A DNA stretch of 24,000 bases, from the NCBI RefSeq assembly GCF_964332355.1, contig NZ_OZ201293.1, positions 1,947,620-1,971,619 of the forward strand, given 5' to 3'. Shown one piece after another: positions 14,575 to 23,153 of this stretch. Both the position numbers and the translations under genes were made by a program. Every line of letters starts with the position of its first letter. The first letter of the stretch is position 1. Source of the stretch: Imbroritus primus. GTDB taxonomy: Bacteria; Pseudomonadota; Gammaproteobacteria; Burkholderiales; Burkholderiaceae. Below the pieces are notes generated by a model. It saw only the letters and a list, made by a program, of their open reading frames with translations, made no database searches and was not told the origin of the DNA.

Positions 14575-15816
14575 ATGTCAAGCAAGCGTCAATGGGCGAC
14601 AGCTCTGGTAGGTGTACTCCTGCCGATCGCCGCCGCCAGTCAGGAAGTCATCGGTCAGGATCCACGCGTTCCGGAGTTGATGCGCCAGATCGAGCGTCAA
14701 TCAACTCTGATCCAGGCGCTCGAAAACCGGCTCAATGAACTTGAGATGCGCCAGACGCGGGGCCGAGGTACCGATGGGCCGATGCTGGCACAAGCCGGCG
14801 GCGACAGCCGCACGCCGGAAGTGACCATCGGCTCGGAGGCACGCGATACCCAGCAGCAGGCGCGCGTACAGAGCAAGGACCTCATCTACCAGACCGAGCA
14901 CGCCCCGCTGTTCGAGCGCCGCTTTACCATCGACGCCGGTTTCAGTTATAGCTACTACGATCGAAGGCGGTTGGCACTGAGCGGCTTCCTGGCGTTGGAT
15001 GCGATTTTCCTCGGCACCATCAATCTCGACCAGACCAAGTCGAGCACCCTTACCTGGGATGTCACTGGCCGCTACGGGCTCACGGACCGCCTCAGCATCG
15101 ATGCCAACGTGCCGTTCGTCTACCGCAACAGCTCATTCTTTTCGGGCGGTGCGGGCGGCGCGGCGACGGTGGTCAGCGAAGCCAGCAAATCGTCTACCAA
15201 TATCGGCGACGTCAGTGTCGGGCTGTACTATCAGCTCATCAAGGAAGCCGCCGGCGTGCCGGACGTGGTAGCAAGCTTGCGTGTACGCGCGCCGACTGGC
15301 AAGGCGCCGTTCGGCATCAAGCTGGTGCAGGCCGATGCGACCAACACTAACCTGAATATCGAGGAAAGCCTGCCGACTGGTAATGGCGTTTGGAGCGGCA
15401 CCCTCGGCCTGTCGTTCCTGAAAACGTATGACCCGATCGTACTGTTTGCCAGCCTCGGCTATACGTACAACAAGCCGCAGTCCTTCTCCGATATTTCGTC
15501 GGTCCAGGGCGTTGTCACGCCTGGCCGCGTCAAGCTCGGCGACTCGATCAACGTCGGTGGTGGTCTCGCCATTGCGCTGAACGACCGGACCGCGCTGTCA
15601 ATGGCATACAGCAACGTGTTTTCGCGCGCCACCAAGGTCACCACGGCGACGGGCACGCAATCGGTGATCGGCAGCAAGACCAATGCGGCAACGATGACTT
15701 TCGGCCTGAATCACGTCCTGACGAAGAATCTTTCGATCAGTGCTTCGCTGGCGCTGGGTATGACACCGGACGCACCGAACTATGTGTTCGGCTTGCGATT
15801 CCCTTACACGTTTTGA
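14575..15816 (+). CDS. fapF: outer-membrane beta-barrel secretion channel with N-terminal coiled coil (FapF-like)
   Basis: The signal peptide ends ...LLPIAAAS|QEV. A heptad-like helix PELMRQIERQSTLIQALENRLNELEMRQ occupies 14665..14754, followed by a polar disordered linker. The rest shows the alternating-residue pattern of beta strands, with Gly/Ser/Thr/Asn-rich stretches between them. The C-terminus is OMP-like (FGLRFPYTF). Confidence 0.75.
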   Translation: MSSKRQWATALVGVLLPIAAASQEVIGQDPRVPELMRQIERQSTLIQALENRLNELEMRQTRGRGTDGPMLAQAGGDSRTPEVTIGSEARDTQQQARVQSKDLIYQTEHAPLFERRFTIDAGFSYSYYDRRRLALSGFLALDAIFLGTINLDQTKSSTLTWDVTGRYGLTDRLSIDANVPFVYRNSSFFSGGAGGAATVVSEASKSSTNIGDVSVGLYYQLIKEAAGVPDVVASLRVRAPTGKAPFGIKLVQADATNTNLNIEESLPTGNGVWSGTLGLSFLKTYDPIVLFASLGYTYNKPQSFSDISSVQGVVTPGRVKLGDSINVGGGLAIALNDRTALSMAYSNVFSRATKVTTATGTQSVIGSKTNAATMTFGLNHVLTKNLSISASLALGMTPDAPNYVFGLRFPYTF

Positions 15817-15877
15817 CGCATAAAGGGGGGAGAACACGGTATCCACAAGGTTCGAGCCTGATATCGTGTGCGACTTG

Positions 15878-15908
15878 GAGGCCCATCGCCAGATCGGGCC
15901 TCTTTTTT
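15878..15908 (+). terminator. rho-independent terminator closing the fap-like operon
   Basis: GAGGCCC (15878..15884) pairs with GGGCCTC (15896..15902), with inner ATC/GAT pairing. It is followed by TTTTTT (15903..15908), which overlaps the stop codon of the convergent regulator gene. Confidence 0.7.
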
Positions 15909-17274
15909 ATGGCAGGTATTTTTCGATGGATTCGAGCCGATCATCGGCGCGGATGCCATGCTTCTGCATCAGCCGATACAGCGTGACGCGTGACACGTTC
16001 AGTTCGCGTGCCGCCGGACAAACGTGATTGCCATTGCGTGCGATCACCTGCCGGATGATATTTCGCTCCGCCTGCTGCCGCGCCCCTTCGAGTGTGATGG
16101 GATCGGAGGCACTGTGATCCACAAGCTGGAGATCGGCTGCAGTCAGGGTACGCCCTTCGGACATGACGATCGCGCGGCGGACACGATTGATGAGTTCTCG
16201 CACATTGCCTGGCCAGGAGTAACTCATCATCGCTCGCATGGCACATGCCGAAAAGCCGCGGATCTTGCGCTGGGCTTCGCCCTGATGCTGACGCAGGACA
16301 TTCTCCGCGAGCAGCAGGATATCCTCGGAGCGCTCGCGCAGGGGTGGGATTTCCAGTGTCAGCACGCATAGGCGGTGATAAAGGTCGCTGCGGAACAGTC
16401 CTTCACGCTGCGCCGCGCCCACGTCGACATGCGTCGCCGAGATGATGCGAATATCGAGCTCGATCGATTCATGCCCACCCAGCCGCGTGATCGTGCCTTG
16501 CTGGAGAAAGCGCAGCAGGCTGACCTGACTTTCCAGCGGCAAGTCACCGATCTCGTCGAGAAACAGCGTGCCATGATTGGCCTGCTCGATCCAGCCGATC
16601 TTGCGCTGGTTCGCGCCGGTGAACGCACCACGCTCATAGCCGAACAGTTCTGACTGGATGAGATTGGGCGGAATGGCCCCGCAATTGATGGCGATAAAAG
16701 GCTTGTCGCGTCGGCGTGACATATGGTGGATCGACTGCGCAGCCAGTTCCTTGCCGACTCCGGACTCGCCGAAGATGAATACCGGCGCATTGTTGCGCGC
16801 CACCTTGCCAATGGTGCGCAACAAACGCTTCATGACATCGCTGCGCCCCAACATCGGGCCGCTTTCCAGCGGAGATGGCGGCTCGTACGCACGCAGCCTG
16901 GCCATGCCATAGGCGTGGCGCAATGAATAGGCCACCTCGTCGCACGAGAACGGTACCTGCACGTAGTCCACACAGTAGTCGAGGATCAGGCGTCGCAAGC
17001 GTGGATCTTCCAGTTCCATGGTCCGCGCTGCGACCACCCAGCCGACGTGCGGCTGGGGCAACATGCGTTCCATCAACGCGAGATCGGCCGAGGTGACGCC
17101 GCCCGTACAATCGAGCAAGGCGGCCATGCAGTGGCCTTGGCGCACCACTTCCTGAGCCTGGTGGATCGAGTTGGCGTGGATCACATTCCAGCCGGCACCC
17201 AGGACAGGCACGTCGATACCACAATTGTCTGACGGCGAAACGATCAACGCCGTCCATCCCGTCATCCCTGCCAC
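15907..17274 (-). CDS. sigma54-dependent transcriptional activator (bEBP) with atypical receiver-like N-terminal domain and Fis-type HTH
   Basis: AAA+ motifs are Walker A GESGVGKE, the sigma54-contact loop GAFTGA (16612..16629) and Walker B LFLDEIG. WPGNVRELIN is present, and the C-terminal HTH is AARELNVSRVTLYRLMQKHGI. A GTG start at 17274 has AAGGAGAG 6-8 nt upstream. An ATG at 17265 is the alternative. Confidence 0.9.
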   Translation of the reverse strand: MAGMTGWTALIVSPSDNCGIDVPVLGAGWNVIHANSIHQAQEVVRQGHCMAALLDCTGGVTSADLALMERMLPQPHVGWVVAARTMELEDPRLRRLILDYCVDYVQVPFSCDEVAYSLRHAYGMARLRAYEPPSPLESGPMLGRSDVMKRLLRTIGKVARNNAPVFIFGESGVGKELAAQSIHHMSRRRDKPFIAINCGAIPPNLIQSELFGYERGAFTGANQRKIGWIEQANHGTLFLDEIGDLPLESQVSLLRFLQQGTITRLGGHESIELDIRIISATHVDVGAAQREGLFRSDLYHRLCVLTLEIPPLRERSEDILLLAENVLRQHQGEAQRKIRGFSACAMRAMMSYSWPGNVRELINRVRRAIVMSEGRTLTAADLQLVDHSASDPITLEGARQQAERNIIRQVIARNGNHVCPAARELNVSRVTLYRLMQKHGIRADDRLESIEKYLP

Positions 17275-17419
17275 AGCCGCCTCTCCTTTTTATCCGGGTG
17301 GCAGGCACGCGTGATATTTCACGCACCGGACACTGCGGTCCGTTGCCATCCCGAAGAACCGGTCGTTCTTCTGATCGAGTACGTGCAATACGGGGAAAAT
17401 TCTTAAGGCCCGCTCTGAG

Positions 17420-17447
17420 AGCATAGATCAGAATGGGCAACAGTCAA
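17420..17447 (-). promoter_or_regulatory. candidate sigma70 promoter for the sigma54 activator gene
   Basis: On the minus strand, TTGACT (17447..17442) is followed by a 16-nt spacer and TATGCT (17425..17420). This would give a leader of about 140 nt. Confidence 0.35.
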
Positions 17448-17554
17448 CGCGTATTTATGCGATCTGCCACAGCCACTGGCAGATCGGCGATGGTGCACCA
17501 AAACAGCGAACGCGACCTGGTGACCGGGGAATGGTTGTGACGGGAAACCGTTGA

Positions 17555-18913
17555 TCAGCTGCCGGCAACAGTCATCTGGCCGATCAGAATCGAACCGGTT
17601 TCCTTGGTGCCGCGCACCAGTGTATCCGCGCCGACTGCGACGATGTCGCGGAACATGTCGCGCAGGTTTCCGGCGATGGTGATTTCCTCGACCGGATACT
17701 GGATCACGCCATTCTCCACCCAATACCCCGACGCCCCGCGGGAATAGTCACCCGTCACGTAATTGACACCCTGCCCCATCAGTTCCGTGACCAGCAGGCC
17801 AGTACCCATCTTGCGCAACATGGCCGCGAAGTCGTCACCAGACGCGGTACGCGTACTGCGCAGTGTCAGATTATGGGATCCACCGGCATTGCCGGTCGTC
17901 TGCATGCCGAGCTTGCGGGCCGAATAGGTCGACAGGAAATATCCCTCCACGACGCCATCGCGCACCACCGCGCGCTGGCGCGTGCGGACGCCTTCTTCGT
18001 CGAACGGGGCACTCCCCATGCCGCGCGAGACGTGCGGGTTTTCCTCGATCTGCACATGCGGAGCAAAGACTTCACGACCGAGGGAATCCAGCAGGAAAGT
18101 CGAGCGACGATATAGTGCCCCACCCGACACAGCTTGCACGAAGGCACCCAGCAGGCCCGCCGCCAGCGGCGCCTCGAACAGTACCGGGCACTTGCGGGTG
18201 GCCAGTTTGCGGGCGTTCAGGCGCGCCAGTGCACGCGCAGCGGCATAGCGACCCACGGCTTCGGGATCAGCCAGGTCGTCCGGCGCACGCTTGGAGGTAT
18301 ACCAGTCGTCACGCTGCATGCCATTGCCCGAGCCAGCAATCGGCGCCACCGAAATGAAATGGCGGGAATATGGATAGCCCCCGGAGAATCCCCGGGTGGT
18401 GGCAAGGATGAACTGCGAATGCTGGGCCGAGACGCTCGCGCCATCACTGTTGCGAATCTTTGGGCTCACGGCCATGGCTGCTGCCTCGGCACGGCGCGCC
18501 AGTTCCACGGCGGCCTCGGCATCGATGGTCCAGGGATGGAACAAGTCTAGTTCAGGCGGTTGCTGCTCCAGCAACTCCTCTTCAGCGAGGCCGGCGCAGT
18601 CATCCTCGGCGGTGAAACGCGCGATGTTGTAGGCAGCCTCGGCCGTTGCCTGCAGTGCGGAGGGCGAAAAATCGGAGGTACTGGCATTGCCGCGGCGCTG
18701 GCCGATCAGGACCGTCACCCCCACGACCTTGTCGCGATTCTGCTCAATAGTCTCGATCTCCCCTTTGCGTACCGAGACCGACAGGCCGCCGCCCTCGGAA
18801 ATTTCCGTGGCGGCATCGGTCGCGCCGAGCGCACGGGCCATGCGCAGGACATCCGCAGCCATCTGCTTGAGTTCATCCTGGGTATGGGCAAAGAAACGGG
18901 TCGGATCGGTCAT
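17555..18913 (-). CDS. pmbA: metalloprotease PmbA (TldE)
   Basis: This is a full-length PmbA/TldD-family protein (452 aa). Its N-terminus resembles PmbA (LKQMAADVLRMARALGATDAATEISEGGGLSVSVRKGEIETIE). It is divergent from yjgA, as in E. coli. Confidence 0.9.
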   Translation of the reverse strand: MTDPTRFFAHTQDELKQMAADVLRMARALGATDAATEISEGGGLSVSVRKGEIETIEQNRDKVVGVTVLIGQRRGNASTSDFSPSALQATAEAAYNIARFTAEDDCAGLAEEELLEQQPPELDLFHPWTIDAEAAVELARRAEAAAMAVSPKIRNSDGASVSAQHSQFILATTRGFSGGYPYSRHFISVAPIAGSGNGMQRDDWYTSKRAPDDLADPEAVGRYAAARALARLNARKLATRKCPVLFEAPLAAGLLGAFVQAVSGGALYRRSTFLLDSLGREVFAPHVQIEENPHVSRGMGSAPFDEEGVRTRQRAVVRDGVVEGYFLSTYSARKLGMQTTGNAGGSHNLTLRSTRTASGDDFAAMLRKMGTGLLVTELMGQGVNYVTGDYSRGASGYWVENGVIQYPVEEITIAGNLRDMFRDIVAVGADTLVRGTKETGSILIGQMTVAGS

Positions 18914-18984
18914 CGTTGGGCTTTCATCAATTCAGTACGTGGGCAAAATGCCAAAGTGGAATCATAGCAAGATAAAATGCCGGC

Positions 18985-19587
18985 ATGACGCGACCTTCCC
19001 GATTCCCCTCCCAGGCCATGGACAGTCCGGACGACACGGACGACCAGGACCTCCCGAAAAGCAAGTCGCAGCGCAAGCGTGAAATGACGGCGCTGCAGGA
19101 TCTCGGCGCCGAGATCGAGGCGTTGCCCAAGGAAAAATTCAAGCGCGTGCCGCTGCCCGAGCATGTAGCCGAAGCCCTGCTGGAGGCCCGCCGCATTAGC
19201 AACCATGAAGGCAAGCGCCGGCAGATGCAGTATGTCGGCAAGGTTATGCGTTCGCTCGATGAGGCCGAAGTGGCCGCGATCCGCCGTGTGCTCGACACCT
19301 TCAAGGGGGCAAGCCGGGCTGAGACGGCAAGGCTCCACCTGATCGAACGCTGGCGCGACCGGCTGCTGGCCGATGACGGCGCCATGACGGCATTCTGCAC
19401 CGAGCATCCTGACGCGGATGTGCAGGCCTTGCGCACGCTGGTGCGCAACGCGCGCCGCGAAGCGCAGATGCAGAAGCCGCCACGTGCTTCCCGCGAGATA
19501 TTCCAGATGGTCAAGGCCGTGCTCGATGCTGCAGCCGGCGACACCCCCACCCATGACAGGAGCCCAGACGATGACTCAGAAGATTAA
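18985..19587 (+). CDS. yjgA: ribosome-associated protein YjgA/DarP (DUF615)
   Basis: The protein has an acidic N-terminus. It is colinear with E. coli YjgA as I remember it ([43 protein letters not shown]). An alternative start exists at 19018. Confidence 0.85.
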   Translation: MTRPSRFPSQAMDSPDDTDDQDLPKSKSQRKREMTALQDLGAEIEALPKEKFKRVPLPEHVAEALLEARRISNHEGKRRQMQYVGKVMRSLDEAEVAAIRRVLDTFKGASRAETARLHLIERWRDRLLADDGAMTAFCTEHPDADVQALRTLVRNARREAQMQKPPRASREIFQMVKAVLDAAAGDTPTHDRSPDDDSED

Positions 19588-20194
19588 CCGCTCGCATCCC
19601 GATGAACTGATTGTGGGACTGGTTTCGATCTCGGATCGCGCCTCCACGGGCACCTATGACGACCAGGGGATTCCGGCGCTGCGAACGTGGTTAGGCAAGG
19701 CGCTGACTTCGCCATGGCAATCGGTCGACCGCCTGATTCCCGACGATCAACCGACCATCACGCAGACCCTGATCGACCTGGTGGATATTGCCGGGTGCGA
19801 TCTCGTGCTGACCACTGGCGGCACCGGCCCGGCCCGGCGCGACGTGACCCCGGAAGCCACGCTGGCGGCGGGCACCAAGGAAATGCCGGGATTCGGCGAG
19901 CAGATGCGGCAGGTCAGCCTGCATTTCGTGCCGACCGCGATTCTCTCGCGCCAGGTTGCGGTCATTCGCGAGACGCCAAGTCGCGCCGCATTGATCATCA
20001 ACCTGCCGGGCCAACCGCGCGCCATCCAGGAAACGCTGGAAGGTCTGCGTGGCGACGACGGTAGCGTCACGGTCAACGGTATCTTCGCGGCCGTGCCCTA
20101 CTGCATCGACCTGATCGGCGGGCCTTACATGGAAACCGACGAAAGCGTGGTCAAGGCGTGGCGGCCCAAGCACGCGATCCGAAGCAAGGGCTGA
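19571..20194 (+). CDS. mog: molybdopterin adenylyltransferase MogA
   Basis: The sequence closely matches E. coli MogA as I remember it ([62 protein letters not shown]). The ATG at 19571 has AGGAG upstream. The gene overlaps the yjgA 3' end by 17 nt. Confidence 0.92.
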   Translation: MTQKINRSHPDELIVGLVSISDRASTGTYDDQGIPALRTWLGKALTSPWQSVDRLIPDDQPTITQTLIDLVDIAGCDLVLTTGGTGPARRDVTPEATLAAGTKEMPGFGEQMRQVSLHFVPTAILSRQVAVIRETPSRAALIINLPGQPRAIQETLEGLRGDDGSVTVNGIFAAVPYCIDLIGGPYMETDESVVKAWRPKHAIRSKG

Positions 20195-20205
20195 TCCCCG
20201 CCCCC

Positions 20206-21087
20206 TCAGCGCAGGCCGAGATACAGCCCAAGCGGAACGAACAGGATGGCGCCCATGTTGCCAAGCAGCACGATGGACGCCACCTGATCAGGTTCCTGCT
20301 GATAGCGGTCGGCCACCAGGAAATTCAGGACAGCCGGCGGCAGGCTGGCATAGACGAACAGCAGGCCGGTCTGTAGCGGCGTCAGCGTAAACAGCAGTGA
20401 TGCCGGCCACGCCACCAGCAGGCCGGTGAGCGGACAGACCACCGCCCCGAGCAAACCCACCGACCAGTTGCGCAGATTGGCATCCACCATGCGCACGCCG
20501 AGTGAAAACAGCAGCAGCGGCACAGTGGCGTCGCCGAGCAGCTTGATCGACTGGTAGAGCGGTTCCGGCATCACCCACCACGGCTTGATCATCGACAGCG
20601 CCAGCCCGATGACAGTGGCGATCACCATGGGGCTGCGCGCGATCTGCAACAGCGAGGCGCGGTGGTTGACGATCTTCACGCCGACCGTGAAGTGCAGCAG
20701 GTTGCTGGCGGCAAAAAGGATAACCGACGGCGCCAGCCCGGCTTCACCAAACGCAAAGATCGCCAGCGGTAGTCCCATATTGCCGCTGTTGTTGAACATC
20801 ATCGGCGGCACGAAGGTGCGCGGCTGCAACCCGGCCATGCGGGCCACGGGCCAGGCCAGCAGGCCCGAGCCCAGCACCACCAGTACACAGGCTGCCAGCA
20901 GCGGCAGCTGTTCGCCAAGCGCAAAATCCTTGCTGGCAAAGGCGGAAACCACCAGCAGCGGCGTGATGACATCGAGCAGCGCCTGGTTGATGCCACGCAT
21001 GTCGGGCCGTGCCTTGCGGCCGTACAGCCAGCCGATCGCGATGACCAGCACGACTGGCGTCACAATGGCAAGAATGCGCATCAGCAT
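20206..21087 (-). CDS. AEC (auxin efflux carrier) family transporter
   Basis: This is a roughly 10-TM hydrophobic protein of 293 aa. Its N-terminus is typical of the AEC family (ILAIVTPVVLVIAIGWLYGR) and its two halves look internally duplicated. Confidence 0.8.
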   Translation of the reverse strand: MLMRILAIVTPVVLVIAIGWLYGRKARPDMRGINQALLDVITPLLVVSAFASKDFALGEQLPLLAACVLVVLGSGLLAWPVARMAGLQPRTFVPPMMFNNSGNMGLPLAIFAFGEAGLAPSVILFAASNLLHFTVGVKIVNHRASLLQIARSPMVIATVIGLALSMIKPWWVMPEPLYQSIKLLGDATVPLLLFSLGVRMVDANLRNWSVGLLGAVVCPLTGLLVAWPASLLFTLTPLQTGLLFVYASLPPAVLNFLVADRYQQEPDQVASIVLLGNMGAILFVPLGLYLGLR

Positions 21088-21136
21088 GATGGTGCTTGGC
21101 AGGCGTCAGGCGATCAGTCGGTCGGCAGTGCAGCGC

Positions 21137-21778
21137 TCAGCTGCCGGCAGGCGCGGCAGCTTCCACAGGGCTGGTTGCCGCAGAGGGATTGTGGATGAAG
21201 TGCGTGCGGTAGTAGCGCAGTTCCTCGATGGATTCCATGATGTCGGCCATTGCGGTATGCAACTGACGCTTGTGGAAGCCCTTGTGGATCAGCGGCTCCC
21301 AGCGTTTGCACAACTCCTTGAGCGTCGAGACGTCAAGGTTGCGGTAATGGAAGAAGGCTTCCAGCTTGGGCATGTGGCGCGCCATGAAACGGCGGTCTTG
21401 GCAGATCGAGTTGCCGCACATCGGCGACTTGCCGGTCGGCACCCATTTCCGCAGGAACGCCAGCAAGGTTTCTTCGGCCTGTGCCTCCGTCAGGGTCGAG
21501 GCCTTGACCTTGTCGATCAGGCCCGAACGGCCGTGCGTGCCCTTGTTCCATGCGTCCATGCCATCGAGCACCTCATCCGCCTGATGGACCACCAGCACCG
21601 GACCTTCCGCCAGCACATTGAGTTCGGAATCGGTGATCACGACGGCCACCTCGATGATCCGGTCGGTGTCCGGCGACAGGCCGGTCATCTCCATATCGAG
21701 CCAGATCAGGTTGTTTTCACTCTTGGCGGGCCTGGCGGCCGCGGTTGAGGCGGGACTTGCTGCAGGGGTCGTGGTCAT
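21137..21778 (-). CDS. orn: oligoribonuclease
   Basis: DEDDh exonuclease motifs are [22 protein letters not shown] and [14 protein letters not shown]. The start is the ATG at 21778. There is an Ala/Pro/Thr-rich N-terminal extension of about 20 aa, with no in-frame alternative start before the catalytic DxE. Confidence 0.92.
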   Translation of the reverse strand: MTTTPAASPASTAAARPAKSENNLIWLDMEMTGLSPDTDRIIEVAVVITDSELNVLAEGPVLVVHQADEVLDGMDAWNKGTHGRSGLIDKVKASTLTEAQAEETLLAFLRKWVPTGKSPMCGNSICQDRRFMARHMPKLEAFFHYRNLDVSTLKELCKRWEPLIHKGFHKRQLHTAMADIMESIEELRYYRTHFIHNPSAATSPVEAAAPAGS

Positions 21779-21902
21779 CGTCGCTATGGAATTCCTGAGC
21801 GGATCAGGTGTCAATCGGGTGGTCGATCTATAATTCTCGCACATTCGGCCCCATTTCAGCCCAACCGGCGCCGTGTCCCCACGTCGCTTCCACGCCCTTT
21901 CT

Positions 21903-23153
21903 ATGCTGACCTATCTATTTCTGCTCGCCCTGATCACCATGGTGATCGTCAAGCTCTGGCTGGCGTCGCGCCAGATCCGGCATGTCGCCCGGCATCGCCA
22001 GGCCGTGCCGGCGCGCTTTGCCGACACGATCACGCTCGATGCCCACCAGAAGGCGGCCGACTATACGGTGGCCAAGACGCGCCTGTCGATGCTGGACATC
22101 GGCGTCAGTGCGGCCGTCCTGCTCGGCTTTACGCTACTGGGCGGACTGCAGTGGCTGAACCTCTTCTGGCTGGAAACCTTCGGGCCGGGCTATGCCTACG
22201 GCGTGGCGCTGATTGCCAGCGTGGTCCTGATCAGCAGCCTGGTCGAACTGCCCTTCTCTCTGTACGGCCAGTTTGGCATCGAGGAACGCTACGGCTTCAA
22301 CAAGATGACGCTGCGCCTGTATTTCGCGGACCTGGTCAAATCCACTCTCATCGGCGCAGCCCTGGGCTTGCCGCTGCTGGTCGCGGTGCTCTGGCTGATG
22401 GAGCGCATGGGCGACCTGTGGTGGGTGTGGACTTGGGTGGTGTGGATGGGCTTCAACCTGTTGCTGCTGGTGCTCTACCCTACCGTCATCGCCCCGCTGT
22501 TCAACAAGTTCGAACCGCTCGAGGACCTCTCGCTAAAGCAGCGCATCGAGGCCCTGCTGCAGCGCTGCGGCTTCGCCAGCAAGGGCCTGTTCGTGATGGA
22601 CGGCAGCCGGCGCAGCGCGCATGGCAATGCCTACTTCACGGGCTTTGGCGCCTCCAAGCGCATCGTTTTCTTCGATACCCTGCTGAACCGCCTGGATGCC
22701 GATGAGATCGAGGCCGTGCTGGCGCACGAACTCGGTCATTTCAAGCGCCACCACATCCTCAAGCGCATCGTCGTGACCTTTGCCATCAGCCTCGGCGTGC
22801 TGGCCATGCTCGGCTGGCTGGCGGGCAAGCCCTGGTTCTACACGGGCCTCGGCGTGGAGCCGAACCTGATGACGGACAACAACGCGCTGGCGCTGATCCT
22901 GTTTTTCCTGACGCTGCCCGTGTTCACCTTCCTGCTCGGCCCCATCGCCAGCCTGAGTTCGCGCAAGCATGAATTCGAGGCCGACGCGTATGCCGCGGGC
23001 ATCGCCAATGCCAATCACCTCGTGTCGGCACTGGTTAAGCTGTACAAGGACAACGCATCGACCCTGACGCCCGATCCGGTGTACTCCGCCTTCTATTACT
23101 CGCATCCGCCTGCCTCGCAGCGCATCGCGCGCCTCGAGGCCAGCCCCGCATGA
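21903..23153 (+). CDS. M48-family (Ste24/HtpX-like) zinc metalloprotease
   Basis: The protein is multi-TM, with the HExxH motif in [12 protein letters not shown] and a downstream glutamate in [10 protein letters not shown] start at the ATG at 21903 is favoured, and GTG at 21873 is possible. The stop overlaps the rsgA start (ATGA). Confidence 0.88.
   Translation: MLTYLFLLALITMVIVKLWLASRQIRHVARHRQAVPARFADTITLDAHQKAADYTVAKTRLSMLDIGVSAAVLLGFTLLGGLQWLNLFWLETFGPGYAYGVALIASVVLISSLVELPFSLYGQFGIEERYGFNKMTLRLYFADLVKSTLIGAALGLPLLVAVLWLMERMGDLWWVWTWVVWMGFNLLLLVLYPTVIAPLFNKFEPLEDLSLKQRIEALLQRCGFASKGLFVMDGSRRSAHGNAYFTGFGASKRIVFFDTLLNRLDADEIEAVLAHELGHFKRHHILKRIVVTFAISLGVLAMLGWLAGKPWFYTGLGVEPNLMTDNNALALILFFLTLPVFTFLLGPIASLSSRKHEFEADAYAAGIANANHLVSALVKLYKDNASTLTPDPVYSAFYYSHPPASQRIARLEASPA

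Noticed and set aside
13817-14581. 254-aa minus-strand ORF opposite the fapE-like gene
   Set aside because: It is an antisense shadow, and the plus-strand genes are tightly packed with a consistent operon structure.
15846-15870. GGTTCGAGCC, resembling a tRNA T-loop (possible tRNA fragment or att site) just after the fapF-like gene
   Set aside because: The flanking bases give only a 3-bp T-stem, with no acceptor stem or CCA context. No integrase or direct repeat partner was seen.
17297-17313. TGGCAGGCACGCGTG, a sigma54-like -24 element on the plus strand upstream of the activator gene
   Set aside because: It has no TTGC-like -12 element at the right spacing. It points away from any plus-strand gene, towards the minus-strand pmbA.
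16634-17440. 268-aa minus-strand ORF in another frame overlapping the sigma54 activator 5' half
   Set aside because: It is out of frame with a gene carrying the full AAA+/GAFTGA/HTH motifs, and its composition is Arg/Gly/Pro-rich.
17460-17486. 10-bp perfect inverted repeat CGATCTGCCA-N7-TGGCAGATCG downstream of pmbA and upstream of the activator promoter
   Set aside because: I could not decide on a function. No U-tract follows on the minus strand, so it is not a canonical terminator, and I saw no related sequence elsewhere in the window. I note it here rather than call it.
20585-21748. 387-aa plus-strand ORF spanning the AEC transporter and orn
   Set aside because: It crosses two well-supported minus-strand genes and their intergenic gap, so it is a shadow ORF.
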